53,163 nucleotides of DNA from Eledone cirrhosa (GCA_964016885.1 CAXHJY010000323.1:1-53163); one strand, 5' to 3'; numbered from the stretch's first letter, positions 1 through 13,761 are shown. Notes: a model not told the origin generated them from the sequence alone. Numbers and translations: made by a program.

Positions 1-745
1 AACCTGGTGGCAGGGTGTTTGTGGACCAGTCAACTCCGGGGAGGTTGAAGTCCCCCATCATTAAGATGTTGTCAGGGTGACACTCTTGGATGAAACACTT
101 TATGCTGTTGAGGCATTCCTTGAAGCATGGTACAGGCGTTTGGGGTGGCCTATAGAGCCCAACTACTAATAGGTTGTTGGTTTGACTGAATACAGTGACT
201 GCCTCACAGTATCCATTAGTGAATATGTTCATAGCCTCTGTTGAGAAAGAATTATGGACATAAATGGCAGTTCCGCCCTTTCTTCTGCCAGCGCGATCAG
301 CACGGATGGCTTTGAAATTTTTCACTTTCACCTCGGCTTCCAAGTGGAGGTTACTGAGATGGGTTTCAGTGAGGACGAAGAAAGGGATGTGGTTTGGATG
401 GACATCAATCCAGTCCTCCAGGAATTTGATCTTCCATTTTTGAGTATTGGTGGAAGGGCTGATGCCTTGGGCGTTAAGCAAAAATGTAGAGGCGAGAGTG
501 GATGGTTTTAATTGTTTTGGTGTGTTGTTAATTTGTTTGTTTGTTAATGGCAGCAATGGGAGTTTGTGCAGTGGGGTGATAGTGGAGGGTGGTGCTGGGT
601 GATAGCTCGAATGTTTTTTTCCAGTTCTTTTGCCAGATTCATTATGGCTAAAAAAGAGGAAGAAGTTTCCTGTTTAGAAGACTGTTGGTGACTGTGGTAG
701 TGGTTATTTTTATGTAGGTTATGGTTTTTGTTTTTGCTTTTATTT
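1..745 (-). mobile_element. Non-LTR retrotransposon (CR1/L2/Jockey-group-like): ORF2 N-terminal APE endonuclease, open frame running off the window start, preceded by probable ORF1 3' end
   Basis: Manual minus-strand translation of ~560..1 has no stop: FLLNAQGI...FFVLTETHL...IRADRAGRRKGGTAIYV...VVGLYRPP...ILMMGDFNLPGVDW, the canonical APE motifs. Missing from the ORF track, probably because it has no stop inside the window. Confidence 0.88.
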
Positions 746-756
746 TTAATTTTATT

Positions 757-757
757 T

Positions 758-814
<57 letters not shown>

Positions 815-815
815 G

Positions 816-855
<40 letters not shown>

Positions 856-884
856 ATATATATATATATATGTATGTATGTATG

Positions 885-919
<35 letters not shown>

Positions 920-1042
920 GTATATATATATATATGTATGTATGTATATATATATATGTATGTATGTATATATATATATATGTATGTATGTATGTATATA
1001 TATATATATATGTATGTATGTATGTATATATGTATGTATGTA

Positions 1043-1075
<33 letters not shown>

Positions 1076-1092
1076 ATATGTATGTATGTATG

Positions 1093-1123
<31 letters not shown>

Positions 1124-1920
1124 GTATGTATATATATATATATATGTTTGTATGTATATATATATATATATATATGTATGTATATATATATATATGTGTA
1201 TGTATGTATATATATATATATATGTATGTATATATATATATATATGTATGTATATATATATATATATGTATGTATATATATATATATATATGTATGTATA
1301 TATATATGTATGTATATATATATATGTATGTATATATATATATATATGTATGTATATATATATGTATGTATGTATATATATATATATGTATGTATGTATA
1401 TATATATGTATGTATGTATATATATATGTATGTATGTATATATATATATATGTATGTATGTATATATATATGTATGTATATATATATATATGTATGTATG
1501 TATATATGTATGTATGTATATATATATGTATGTATGTATATATATATATGTATGTATGTATATATATATATATATGTATGTATATATATATGTATGTATA
1601 TATATATATGTATGTATGTATGTATATATATATATATATGTATGTATGTATATATATATATGTATGTATGTATATATGTATGTATGTATGTATGTATATA
1701 TATATGTATGTATGTATGTATATATATGTATGTATGTATATATGTATGTATGTATGTATATATATGTATGTATGTATATATATATATGTATGTATGTATA
1801 TATATATATGTATGTATGTATATATATATATATGTATGTATGTATATGTATGTATATATATATATATGTATGTATGTATATATATATATATATGTATGTA
1901 TGTATATATATATATGTATG

Positions 1921-1953
<33 letters not shown>

Positions 1954-2049
1954 GTATATATATATATATATGTATGTATGTATGTATATATATATATATG
2001 TATGTATGTATTATATATATATATGTATGTATATATATATATATGTATG

Positions 2050-2080
<31 letters not shown>

Positions 2081-2095
2081 ATATATATATGTATG

Positions 2096-2132
<37 letters not shown>
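757..2132. repeat. (TA)n/(TATG)n microsatellite array
   Basis: Direct inspection; source of the Y/I/M/C/V ORFs. Confidence 0.98.
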
Positions 2133-2135
<3 letters not shown>

Positions 2136-2410
2136 TAAAAGTTGTATTTAATTTGTTGGAAGTCCGACAAACATAAAATACAAAGTTTGTTTTATAAATA
2201 GTGACATAACCATGAAAATCATACCTTTTCGGTTGGAAATTCACTGGATAGTGAAAGTATGGTTTTCATGGGTATGTCTCTATTTATAAAACAAACTTTG
2301 TATTTTATCTGATGAAAGCGCACCAATGTTGTCTTGGTTGCCCTTGAAATATATATAATAAAATAAATATGGTTTTATAAATATAGTTTCTATTTATTTA
2401 ATATCATTGT
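2133..2410 (+). mobile_element. Fold-back PLE terminal-repeat-like element (family A) between TA arrays
   Basis: Inverted repeat ~2173-2228 versus ~2253-2308, followed by an HHR; homologous to 18320-18420 and 19652-20135. Confidence 0.7.
2301..2364 (+). ncRNA. Type I hammerhead ribozyme (family A)
   Basis: tattttat-CTGATGA-aag..gcaccaa/ttggttgc..ctt-GAAA-tatata-TA-ataaaata: stem I, both core boxes, stem II, palindromic stem III. Confidence 0.8.
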
Positions 2411-2461
2411 ATATATATATATATGTATATATATATGTATATATATATATATATGTATATA

Positions 2462-2503
<42 letters not shown>

Positions 2504-2658
2504 CATATATATATATATATACAGACATATATATATATACAGACACATATATATATATATATATATATGACAGACACATATATATTACTCTACTGCTTTA
2601 TTACATGTCCCAGCCGAGAGTCTGCGGCCATGCTGGGACACCGCCATATAAATAAATA

Positions 2659-2930
2659 TATTGTTATATTTAGGGATGGTCATGATGCCAACATTGCCAA
2701 TAGAATGAAACACTCGTACCATATAATTTTCACTTCATCTTTATTGTTCATTATTTATTTGTTTGTCAAAGTTCTTTTGTCTCACATTCTGTGACCTCCT
2801 CAATGATTATCTGTTTGGTGCTTCCTGGTCTAAAACTTCTACTTCATCTTGTCATTGTTTGTTTTGTGGTAGGTTTCTGTGTTTCGTGGCTGTGTATGCG
2901 TTTGCTCCTGCGTCTGTGCGTGTGTGCGTG
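2659..2930 (-). mobile_element. PLE terminal repeat fragment (family B) with degenerate HHR (~2766-2808)
   Basis: Close match to 43541-43700; minus strand reads tca-TTGAGGA-ggtcacagaatgtgagac-AAAA-gaac-tt-tgac. Confidence 0.6.
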
Positions 2931-3038
2931 CGCGTGTGTTTGTGTGTGTGTGTGTGTATGTGTGTGTGTGTGTGTGAATGTGTGTATTTGTGTTTATATC
3001 TATAGCTGTTTTGCTGTTTGTGTCTGTATATAAGTGTG

Positions 3039-3071
<33 letters not shown>

Positions 3072-3133
3072 ATGTGTGAATGTGTGTATTTGTGTTTATA
3101 TCTATAGCTGTTTTGCTGTTTGTGTCTGTATAT

Positions 3134-3184
<51 letters not shown>

Positions 3185-3272
3185 TGTGTGTGTGTTTGTG
3201 TGTGTGTATGTGTGAATGTGTGTATTTGTGTTTATATCTATAGCTGTTTTGCTGTGTGTGTGTGTGTGGGTG

Positions 3273-3307
<35 letters not shown>

Positions 3308-3569
3308 GTGATTGTGTGTGTGTGTGTGTGTGTGTGTGCAGGATATCAGAAGATAAAAGGCCAAGGAGAAGAATGCTCAACCTATTCAAGAGAGCTTATT
3401 TAACAGATATCTACCTAGTTGATGTTGTTTATATTCCAATGAAAGGCTTGTGTCTGTTAGAAACCGACTCTCTAGTGGGAAAAATGTATAACATTATAAA
3501 CCAGAACATATATATATATACATACACACATATATATAGATGTATATACATACATATATATATATATAC

Positions 3570-3625
<56 letters not shown>

Positions 3626-3626
3626 G

Positions 3627-3658
<32 letters not shown>

Positions 3659-3690
3659 TATACGTATATATATATATATATATATATACG

Positions 3691-3722
<32 letters not shown>

Positions 3723-3738
3723 CACACACACATATACA

Positions 3739-3772
<34 letters not shown>

Positions 3773-3788
3773 CACACACACATATACA

Positions 3789-3822
<34 letters not shown>

Positions 3823-3837
3823 CACACACACATACAC

Positions 3838-3870
<33 letters not shown>

Positions 3871-3886
3871 CACACACACATATACA

Positions 3887-3920
<34 letters not shown>

Positions 3921-3935
3921 CACACACACATATAC

Positions 3936-3966
<31 letters not shown>

Positions 3967-3971
3967 TATAC

Positions 3972-4002
<31 letters not shown>

Positions 4003-4007
4003 TATAC

Positions 4008-4040
<33 letters not shown>

Positions 4041-4088
4041 TATACATATATATATATATACACATATATACATATATATATATATATA
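2931..4088. repeat. (TG)n with 3 copies of a ~40-bp spacer, then (TA/CA)n array
   Basis: Direct inspection; spacer gaatgtgtgtatttgtgtttatatctatagctgttttgctg recurs 3 times. Confidence 0.9.
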
Positions 4089-4234
4089 GTGTGTGTGTAT
4101 TATGTGTCCAGTTGGTATTCCTGTAAGAGATATATTTGTTTCATTTCCACCGGAAGTGATGAAATTGCCATTATTACACCTCACTCTGCTATAGGATTAC
4201 TGTGGGGCGTGAGTCGGAAATAAGGGTTGCATAT

Positions 4235-4710
4235 AGAGGGGGGGGCAGAGGGGAAGGCAGAAGAAGAAGGAAGGAGAGAGAGGGAATGATGGAGAGGGAG
4301 AGGAAGAGAGAAGGATGGGGAGGGGAGAGAGAGGATAGTGAGGGAATGAGAGTGGGAGAGAGAAGGAGAGAGAGTGAGAGAGGGGGAATGAGGGTGAGTG
4401 AGGAGAGCGAGATAGTGAGAGAGTGAGAGGGAGTGAGAGAGAAAGCTTGGGTGAGAGGAGAAAGTGAAGGGCAAGGACAGATGGTGTGAGAGAGGAAAGG
4501 AAATGAGTGAGAATGGGGAGAGGGGGGGGAGAGAGTGATTGAAGGAGAGAGTGGGGGGAGAGAAGAAAAGAGGAGTGTAGATAGATAGATAGATAGATAG
4601 ATAGGAAGGTAGATAGATAGATAGGAAGGTAGATAAATAGATAGGAAGGTAGATAGATAGATAGGAAGGTAGATAGATAGATAGGAAGGTAGATAAATAG
4701 ATAGGTAGAT
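4235..4710. repeat. Polypurine GA-rich tract and (GATA)n/GGAAGG microsatellite
   Basis: Direct inspection. Confidence 0.9.
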
Positions 4711-4754
4711 ATGTGTATGTGTGTGTATATATATATATATATATACATACATGC

Positions 4755-6297
4755 ATTCTGATGATTCTTTTGACGTCTCCATGGGGTCCTATGACAGTGC
4801 TGATGTTTGTAATCTTATCGGATTATACAACCTTCATACACTAGAATCTAAATTCCGCAACCACTCCTTTGGTCTATATCGTGACGATAGTCTTTCGTTT
4901 TCACATGCTTGTAACGAACACACTCTGGAAAGTTTCCGTAAAAATTTAATTGACACCTTTCGTGCACTAGGACTTAAAGTTACACTTTACACGAACCTTA
5001 TTAATGCAAATTTCTTTAATGTAAACTTAGACTTAACCACTGTTTCGTATAAACCTTACGATAAGCCTTACGAAAAAAAATTTGAAATATATTAATCGAG
5101 CATCATGCCACGCCCTGGTGCTTTTAAAAACTTAGTTTCTAATATTAGTCGTAGGATCTCAAATCTATCAGCAAACAGGAAGATTTTCGACAAGGCTGCG
5201 CCTTACTACAATCAAGCCCTCTTAGATAGTGGTTTTAAGGACAAAATTAAGTGCACACCCAATGAATCCCTCCCCAACCATACTAAAAATCCTAACAGAA
5301 AAATGAAGAATTATCTGCTCCACACCCCACTTTTGCCTTAAAGTAACAAGTTTTAAGGGATAGACATTTCCATCACAACATAGATACAGTAAAATATTCA
5401 ATCGAAATTTGGTCAAGATATCCTATTCATGTGGCCTGTCCATGAGATCAAAACTTACTGCAAAGAATATACCTGACATTAATCCAAACTGCTCTTGTAG
5501 GATTAAAGAGAACTGCTCTCTCCAACAGAAATGTAATTTTAAATCCACTGTGTATGAGGCAGATATTGTACACAATTCTACAGAAAAGTCTGAAGTTAGC
5601 GAAAGATAAGTCGGTATTGTGCATGATCATTTTAAACTATGTTTTTACATGCTTATCCATTCATTCAGGAATGCTGATATGAGAACCAGTAGAGTCCTGG
5701 CAAAAGAAAGGTCTGGCAATTAAAGAAGAAAGGAGTCCCACATAAGATTACTTGAAAGATCCAGTCCTTACACTAATGGTACCATGAGATGTCATCTCTG
5801 TCTTAGTGAGAAATTGAGAATATTACATGGTTTGTCATTTCTGAACAATAATTATTTGAAATCAAAGAACTCAATCTCAACAGCTTGCGAGGTGGAAATA
5901 CTCAACAAATTCGACTGATCTTCAACCACCTTAATGTGCTTTATATAGTTCCATTATATCTTTTATTTCACATACTTTTTCCACATTTACATAATACAAT
6001 ATACCAATACTACTCCATACCTTAACAAGTATTACCATCTCTATATAACATACCACCACATAATACTATATTTCTGCTACTTAAAATTTACATCTTGCAG
6101 TTATTTCCCTTTGTTATAATACGTTTTTCGCAAACTAGCGTTTTTAGCACACATTACTTTTAAGGGTATCTTATCAGCTCATGTAAGCACCTGAAGATTA
6201 GGTCACAATTCTCATCCCTCTTACATTCTGGAGATATGGTCAATATCAGGCTTTGAAACTTTAGATGGCGCTTTTGTCCTGTGTATGATTATAAATA

Positions 6298-6300
<3 letters not shown>
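4755..6300 (+). mobile_element. Decayed Penelope-like retroelement: RT C-terminal half, GIY-YIG endonuclease and 3' terminal repeat
   Basis: FDVSMGSYDSADVCNLIGLY and GLYRDD (PLE-type RT motifs); CSCRIKENC-SLQQKC..STVYEA and RCHLCLSEKLRI (PLE GIY-YIG region); multiple stops and frameshifts; degenerate HHR at ~6185-6275 (aagcac-CTGAAGA...GAAActttag). Confidence 0.85.
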
Positions 6301-6357
<57 letters not shown>

Positions 6358-6524
6358 TGAGCACTCAATGGAACGTGAGGCCGTACATAAGCACACGGTC
6401 CCTGGTCTGATGATGATGATGATGATGGTATATACAAAGAGAAGGGGGGTCATTGAAATATGTACATATACATAGATTTAGACACAGACATATAGAAAGA
6501 TTATTTGACAGTCTGTCATATTCT

Positions 6525-6812
6525 GTAATGTGTGTGAAGGTCTGTGAATGTGTGTGAAGGTCTGTGTATGTGTGTGAAGGTCTGTGAATGTGTGTGAAGG
6601 TCTGTGAATGTGTGTGAAGGTCTGTGTATGTGTGTGAAGGTCTGTGAATGTGTGTGAAGGTCTGTGAATGTGTGTGAAGGTCTGTGTATGTGTGTGAAGG
6701 TCTGTGTATGTGTGTGAAGGTCTGTGAATGTGTGTGAAGGTCTGTGAATGTGTGTGAAGGTCTGTGAATGTGTGTGAAGGTCTGTGAATGTGTGTGAAGG
6801 TCTGTGTATGTG
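6525..6812. repeat. 20-bp minisatellite (tgtgtgaaggtctgtgaatg) x ~14
   Basis: Direct inspection. Confidence 0.95.
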
Positions 6813-7162
6813 TCAGTGTGTGTGTGTGAGACTATGTTTGTGTGTGTCTGTGTGCGAGTGTATGTGTATGTCAGTGAGTGTAAATCTGTGTGCCTGTGAG
6901 GGTGTGTCTGTTTGTGTGTGTGTGTGTGTGTGTGTGTCTGTGTGTATGTTTGTATCTGTATCTCTGTGTGTGTCTGGTCTCTGTGTGTGTATGTGTACTT
7001 CTGTGAGTGTGTGTGTCTATTTGTGTCTGTTTCTATGTGTGTCTGTGTGTGTGTCTTGGTGTCAAATGGAAGTTTTACGGTTCAATACGCAGGAAAGACA
7101 AAGGTAAACTGACAGTTGAACTCTGGTAGATAAATGTATGTATATATGCATATTTCACTCTC

Positions 7163-7242
<80 letters not shown>

Positions 7243-7252
7243 ATATGTTTAT

Positions 7253-7317
<65 letters not shown>

Positions 7318-7325
7318 CGTATTAT

Positions 7326-7362
<37 letters not shown>

Positions 7363-7371
7363 CATATACAC

Positions 7372-7444
<73 letters not shown>

Positions 7445-7445
<1 letters not shown>

Positions 7446-7651
7446 AATCCATAAAAAAGATAGCCCCGACAATAAACATATTAAAATATGGAAGACATCC
7501 ATGTACGTAATCTGAAAGAGTACTGGTGGAATCTTCCAGTAAAAACCCCAATAAAATGCAGGCATAACAGACCAGATATAATGATATGGCACAGGGAAAA
7601 GATGGCATGCACAGTAGTGGAAGTTAGCTGCCCAGCTGATGTTAATATAAC
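7445..7651 (+). mobile_element. RLE (PD-D/ExK) endonuclease fragment of an R4/Dong-like non-LTR retrotransposon
   Basis: [39 protein letters not shown] matches the HNRPD...IEV.CP motif; truncated by a SINE. Confidence 0.7.
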
Positions 7652-8103
7652 TGTTTCTACTTTAGGCACAAGGCCAGCAATTACTCCAGTGTATTACTGG
7701 TACTTTATTTTATCGACCCCGTAAGGATGAAAGGCAAAGTCAACCTCGGCGGGATTTGAACTCAGATCGTAAAGGGACGTAACTATGCTGGAAAGCATGG
7801 CGTCCGACCCTCTACCGATACTGCCAATCCACCGCCCTAGCATGGCGTCCGACCCTCTACCGATACTGCCAATCCACCGCCCTAGCATGGCGTCCGACCC
7901 TCTACCGATACTGCCAATCCACCGCCCTAACATGGCGTCCGACCCTCTACCGATACTGCCAATCCACCACCCTAGCATGGCGTCCGGCCCTCTACCGATA
8001 CTGCCAATCCACCGCCCTAACATGGCGTCCCACCCTCTACCGATACTGCCAATCCACCACCCTAGCATGGCGTCCGGCCCTCTACCGATACTGCCAATCC
8101 ACC
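7652..8103 (-). mobile_element. tRNA-derived SINE (family S1) with 7 tandem copies of its 45-bp 5' head (7796-8103)
   Basis: Reverse complement of the 42889-43080 copy; unit catggcgtccgaccctctaccgatactgccaatccaccgccctag. Confidence 0.9.
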
Positions 8104-8317
8104 AATAATATCATATTATTAATATTCGGTTTGTTTGCAAGCAAAGAGCCACATAAACACCATGTGTGCTTTTTAGATGAACTTCATCCTTTTGTTCCAG
8201 TTGTAGCTGAGAGAAAACAATCGGTAACTGCTCGGAGTAAAACACTTTGTGTGTATTTAGGTAAACACCATATAAACAAATTTTATTTATATGTTTGTAT
8301 ATATAGATAGATATATA

Positions 8318-8494
8318 GGAACGAGTAGGACCCCGACGGCTGAGCTCAAGCCGTTTCGACGACTAATTCTGGACTAAATTAGATTTAGTCCAGAATTAGC
8401 CGTGCTACTCGTTCCTATTACCAACTCTACTACCCTAAGTATTGAGTACTTTGGTGCGTTATGGTCCATCTGGTTCCTTACCACATTTCCTTCG

Positions 8495-8497
<3 letters not shown>
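8318..8497 (+). mobile_element. Fold-back element (family C) with HHR 3' half
   Basis: aggaacgagtag...ctactcgttcct inverted arms with an inner hairpin; homologous to 20161, 29505, 38489 and 51251; TA-rich flanks. Confidence 0.7.
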
Positions 8498-8564
<67 letters not shown>

Positions 8565-8834
8565 GTGAGGTTTTGTTACAAAATGAAAAATAACCGGTGT
8601 CCTACACGAGTGAAAGTATAAAGAAAAAAAGATGAAATCGAAAATGCAAATGGAGTCTTATTTTTAAAAAATATATATATTTATTTTGTTCGTTTACCGG
8701 TTTCGCAGTAGAATTGAGATGGAGGGTCTGTGGTTTTTCTCACATCTGTGGTTTTTCTCACATATTTATATACACACACAATGGGTGGTGCCCCAGCATG
8801 GCCTCAGCCGGTTGGCTGGGACAGGTAAAAGAGT

Positions 8835-9586
<752 letters not shown>

Positions 9587-9916
9587 AAATCAGGGGTTAT
9601 GTCGGTAACAACGACAAAGTGAGAGGGGGGGTCTTTATGGGGTTTTCTTTCATATTTCTCTTTCAAAGAGGTAGGAGTGGGCCCCTATTTCTTTTCTAAT
9701 TCACTGATTCCCTCTTTTTGGCTATCATGCTATCTCTAAGGTTTCGTCTTCCTTTTTCGCGGATATATATCTATATACATTCGGGGATATATATACATTC
9801 GGGGGTATATATATACATTAGGGGGTATATATTTTTCTGCTCAATGAAAAGAGACAGACATTTTTTTTATATTTTTTAAAATACATATATGTGTATATAT
9901 ATATGTGTGTATATAT

Positions 9917-10003
<87 letters not shown>

Positions 10004-10235
10004 CCTTTCCCAAGGGGCAGATATTGTCAGGTGTGAAGAATGGAGGTGGGGGGGGGGTGTTAGACATTGATAGTGTAAGTCATTTGCGGGTTAAAGGTGA
10101 GAGGGTGGGGCTGGGGTAAAAGTAAAGATACAATTTGACAGTGTAGAGGGAAGTTTACAAAAGAAATTTGATGTCCCAACATGTATATATATATATATAT
10201 ATATGTGTGTGTATATATATATATTTTTATATATG

Positions 10236-10267
<32 letters not shown>

Positions 10268-10377
10268 CATATATATATATTTGTTTTATATTTATATGTT
10301 CATATATTTTACACGTATATATATATATATATATATATATATACGTGTAAAATAGTGTGTATATATATATATATACA

Positions 10378-10435
<58 letters not shown>

Positions 10436-10648
10436 ATATATACAGAGTAACAAAATACAAAGTGTCTTAGCAAAGATATCCATATTTTCTTGTCAAGCCC
10501 CTCCCAGCTTTTATATTATCTTGTATTTATTTCATCTTTGACAATTTAACTGCTTTTTACTTTATTTCAGCTATTCCACCTTCAAGTTTCCTTGTTTCTA
10601 ATGAACCGATATATAATAGATACATATTTGTCACTTATAATTTCTCTT

Positions 10649-11055
10649 ATATTGTTATATTTGAGGAGGGTCATGTTGTTATAATATTGTCAGAAATATA
10701 TAGTAAAACACACTCACTGTTTGGTTTGGGTTGGTTTTCGCTTCAGTATATTTTATATTTCTATAATTAATTCAGCTGGCAATCAATGTTTATCTTTGAT
10801 TGACTAACAGTTAAAAATATAAATATAAATATAGTTTCTCGGAGTTCTTTCGTCACACACCTGTGGCATCATCAGTGATCTTATGTTTCCTCCCGTTGTA
10901 TTGCTGTAATGTTTTCTTATTCTACCCAAACCAAACAGTGTGTGTTTTTTACTATATATTTCTGACAATATTATAACAACAAGACCCTCCCCAAATATAA
11001 TAATATTTGTTTCAACAAACGATTTCATATCAAAAATCTTGCAAAACAAATTCCG
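10649..11055. mobile_element. PLE 5' end (family B): inverted terminal repeat pair, inner HHR on the minus strand (~10838-10879), then the degraded ORF start
   Basis: tgttatatttgaggagggtc...aaacacac..ctgtttggtttgg inverted against 10925-11005; minus strand gatca-CTGATGA-tgccacaggtgtgtgac-GAAA-gaac-TC; downstream FVSTNDFISKILQNKF resembles MSVSTHDLTSGILQNKY at 43755. Confidence 0.7.
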
Positions 11056-11070
11056 CTTATATTTGATATC

Positions 11071-11450
11071 TACTCATAGGTCTTGAATAATCGCCCACCC
11101 CGCTAATTACATTTTCAGATTCTTTCCACCACTTATTAAATTTTGTTAATCTATCTCCGGCGAAATGTTATTGTAAGTGATTCATATTGATACAGTAGCT
11201 GAAGAATCTAATAATAATAATAATAATTACTTTATTTTACATTTTAAAAAAATATTATATATGACAAAGAAAGAACAATAAAAGAAGTCCCATATTTACG
11301 AACGTACATTATACAATCACCGATTAGCCCCTTTATTCCAGCCTCTTTTATTCCAGCCCCCACTTATAAGAATTTAAGCAAACGTCCAAGCCCTCCCTCT
11401 CCCCGCTTATTCCAACCCACCCCACCCGTATTATTTGGGACCCGAGAGTA
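11071..11450. mobile_element. MITE (Tc1/mariner-like TIRs)
   Basis: tactcataggtcttgaataat ... attatttgggacccgagagta imperfect TIRs with TA ends. Confidence 0.55.
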
Positions 11451-11635
11451 CACAGACAAACAATACACATATACAATGTTAATAAAGTCAGACACACTTA
11501 GACACCATCACAAACAATGTATAGACTATTCCACTAATATATACACATATACACACGCAAAATTAATAGCAACAAACACTCACACTCATATTTTTTTCTT
11601 TTTCTTTTTTTTTTCTCTTCTATCTACTATTGTAC

Positions 11636-11671
11636 TCTTCTGATGAAGGACTAACGTCCGATACGTTGAAA
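11636..11671 (+). ncRNA. Degenerate minimal HHR (family D)
   Basis: tctt-CTGATGA-a-ggac-taac-gtcc-GATA-cgtt; one core substitution relative to the intact copy at 34964-34999. Confidence 0.6.
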
Positions 11672-11704
11672 ATTTTTTCTCTCTTTCGTCCAAAGCGTAA
11701 ACCT

Positions 11705-11889
11705 AATAATTGTTTCTTATATAGGCACAAGGCCAGCAATTTTGGGGGAGGGGAAAGTCGATTAAATCGACCCCAGTTCGTGACTGGTACTTTATTTTAT
11801 CGACCCCGTAAGGATGAAAGGCAAAGTTAACCTCAGCGGGATTTGAACTCAGAGGTTAACTTTGCCTTTCATCCTTACGGGGTCGATAC
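11705..11889 (-). mobile_element. SINE S1 fragment whose 5' end folds back on itself
   Basis: 11799-11834 is inverted at 11852-11888. Confidence 0.85.
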
Positions 11890-12102
11890 CTACTGGTAAG
11901 GGTGTTGGACTTGCGATCATAATGTCGTGGGTTCGATTCCTGGCTTGCGTGTTGTTCTCGCGCAAAACACTTCATTTCACGTTGTTCCAGTATACTCGGT
12001 GGGGGGAGGGGGGTTAACCCTGTGATGGACTAGCGTCCTGTCCAGGGGGGTGTCTTGTACTCTCAGTCGCTTCACGTCATGAAACCGGGATAAGCACCGG
12101 CT
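11890..12102 (+). mobile_element. tRNA-derived SINE (family S2)
   Basis: B box ggttcgattcc; head and body homologous to 24756-25970. Confidence 0.8.
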
Positions 12103-13242
12103 ACCACCGCCAACCACTACATTGTGTCCCACGCACCACCACCACCACCACATTCCCCCCACCTCCACCACCACCACCACACCACCACACCACCACCACC
12201 CACCATCATCGTACCACCACTATCACACCACCACCACCACCACCAACACCACTACACGGTACCCCACCCAGTATAGAGACCTGCTGTAACCTGACTCTTC
12301 TCATAGATTTGATTTACTGTATAGCAGTTTCAATGACTGCATTCAACTGTTGAATGGTTGGTTGGCTGGTTGGGTGGATGGAGGGTTGGCTGGTCGGTTG
12401 GTTGGGTGGTTGGATGGTTGATTGGGTGGATGGAGGGTTGGCTGGTCGGTTGGTTGGGTGGTTGGATGGTTGGTTGGGTGGATGGAGGGTTGGCTGGTCG
12501 GTTGGTTGGGTGGTTGGATGGTTGGTTGGGTGGATGGAGGGTTGGCTGGTCGGTTGGTTGGGTGGTTGGATGGTTGGTTGGGTGGATGGAGGGTTGGCTG
12601 GTCGGTTGGTTGGGTGGTTGGATGGTTGGTTGGGTGGATGGAGGGTTGGCTGGTCGGTTGGTTGGGTGGTTGGATGGTTGGGTGGATGGAGGGTTGGCTG
12701 GTCGGTTGGTTGGATGGTTGGATGGTTGGTTGGGTGGATGGAGGGTTGGCTGGTCGGTTGGTTGGGTGGTTGGATGGTTGGTTGGGTGGTTGGCTGGTTG
12801 GTTGGCTGGTTGGAGGGGTGGCTGGTTGGATGGTTGGGTGGTTGGATGGATGGTTGGTTGGCTGGTCGGTTGGTTGGGTGGTTGGTTGGGTGGTTGGATG
12901 GTTGGTTGGGTGGTTGGGTGGTTGGCTGGTTGGAGGGGTGGCTGGTTGGTTGGTTGGGTGGTTGGGTGGTTGGCTGGTTGGAGGGGTGGCTGGTTGGTTG
13001 GTTGGTTGGTTGAATGGTTGGTTGGATGGTTGGGTGGTTGGTTGGTTGGATGGTCGGTTGGTTGGAGGGGTGGTTGGATGGGTGGTTGGGTGGCTGGATG
13101 GTTGGGTGGCTGGTTGGGTGGTTGGATGGTTGGTTGGTTGGATGGATGGTTGGGTGGCTGGTTGGGTGGTCGGATGGTTGGGTGGCTGGATGGTTGGTTG
13201 GTTGGGTGGCTGGATGGTTGGTTGGGTGGTTGGCTGGTTGGT
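12103..13242. repeat. (CCA)n tract followed by a GGTT/GGAT/GGCT-rich satellite with a ~43-bp higher-order unit
   Basis: Direct inspection; the QP/GW ORFs are artefacts. Confidence 0.92.
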
Positions 13243-13334
13243 CGAGTCCATACCTCTCTCTATACTTACTCTGTATCTTCCCAACCATTGAGTACTCCGA
13301 TGATTTGTGGTCTTCCCGGTCTCAGCACCGCAGA

Positions 13335-13405
<71 letters not shown>

Positions 13406-13408
<3 letters not shown>

Positions 13409-13608
13409 TGAAATTCCGTCATAACGAAATTCACGGGGTATAAAAAAAATTCGTTGTAACGAAAAATTCTTTATAACGAGATCGACCGGCGCAAGTCAAG
13501 CATTTGTTTAGTCAAGCATTTGTTTGTTATTACCTCGGGGATTGAAAAATATTTCGTTATACTGAAAAATTCGTTATAATGGTATTCGTTATAACGGAAT
13601 GTTACCTG
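13406..13608. mobile_element. Tigger/pogo-like MITE
   Basis: TA-cagtgaaattccgtcataacgaa ... ttcgttataacggaatgttacctg-TA, with subterminal ttcgttat repeats. Confidence 0.75.
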
Positions 13609-13688
13609 TATATATGTATATATGTGTGTGTGTGTATTTGTCTGTACTAATATTCACACACTTAACATGTATGCGCTAAATATATCTC

Positions 13689-13761
<73 letters not shown>

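Noticed and set aside
721-2170. Long Y/I/M/C/V/H ORFs here and at 3256, 8686, 31699, 33062, 47175 and 51605
   Set aside because: Translations of dinucleotide and tetranucleotide microsatellites.
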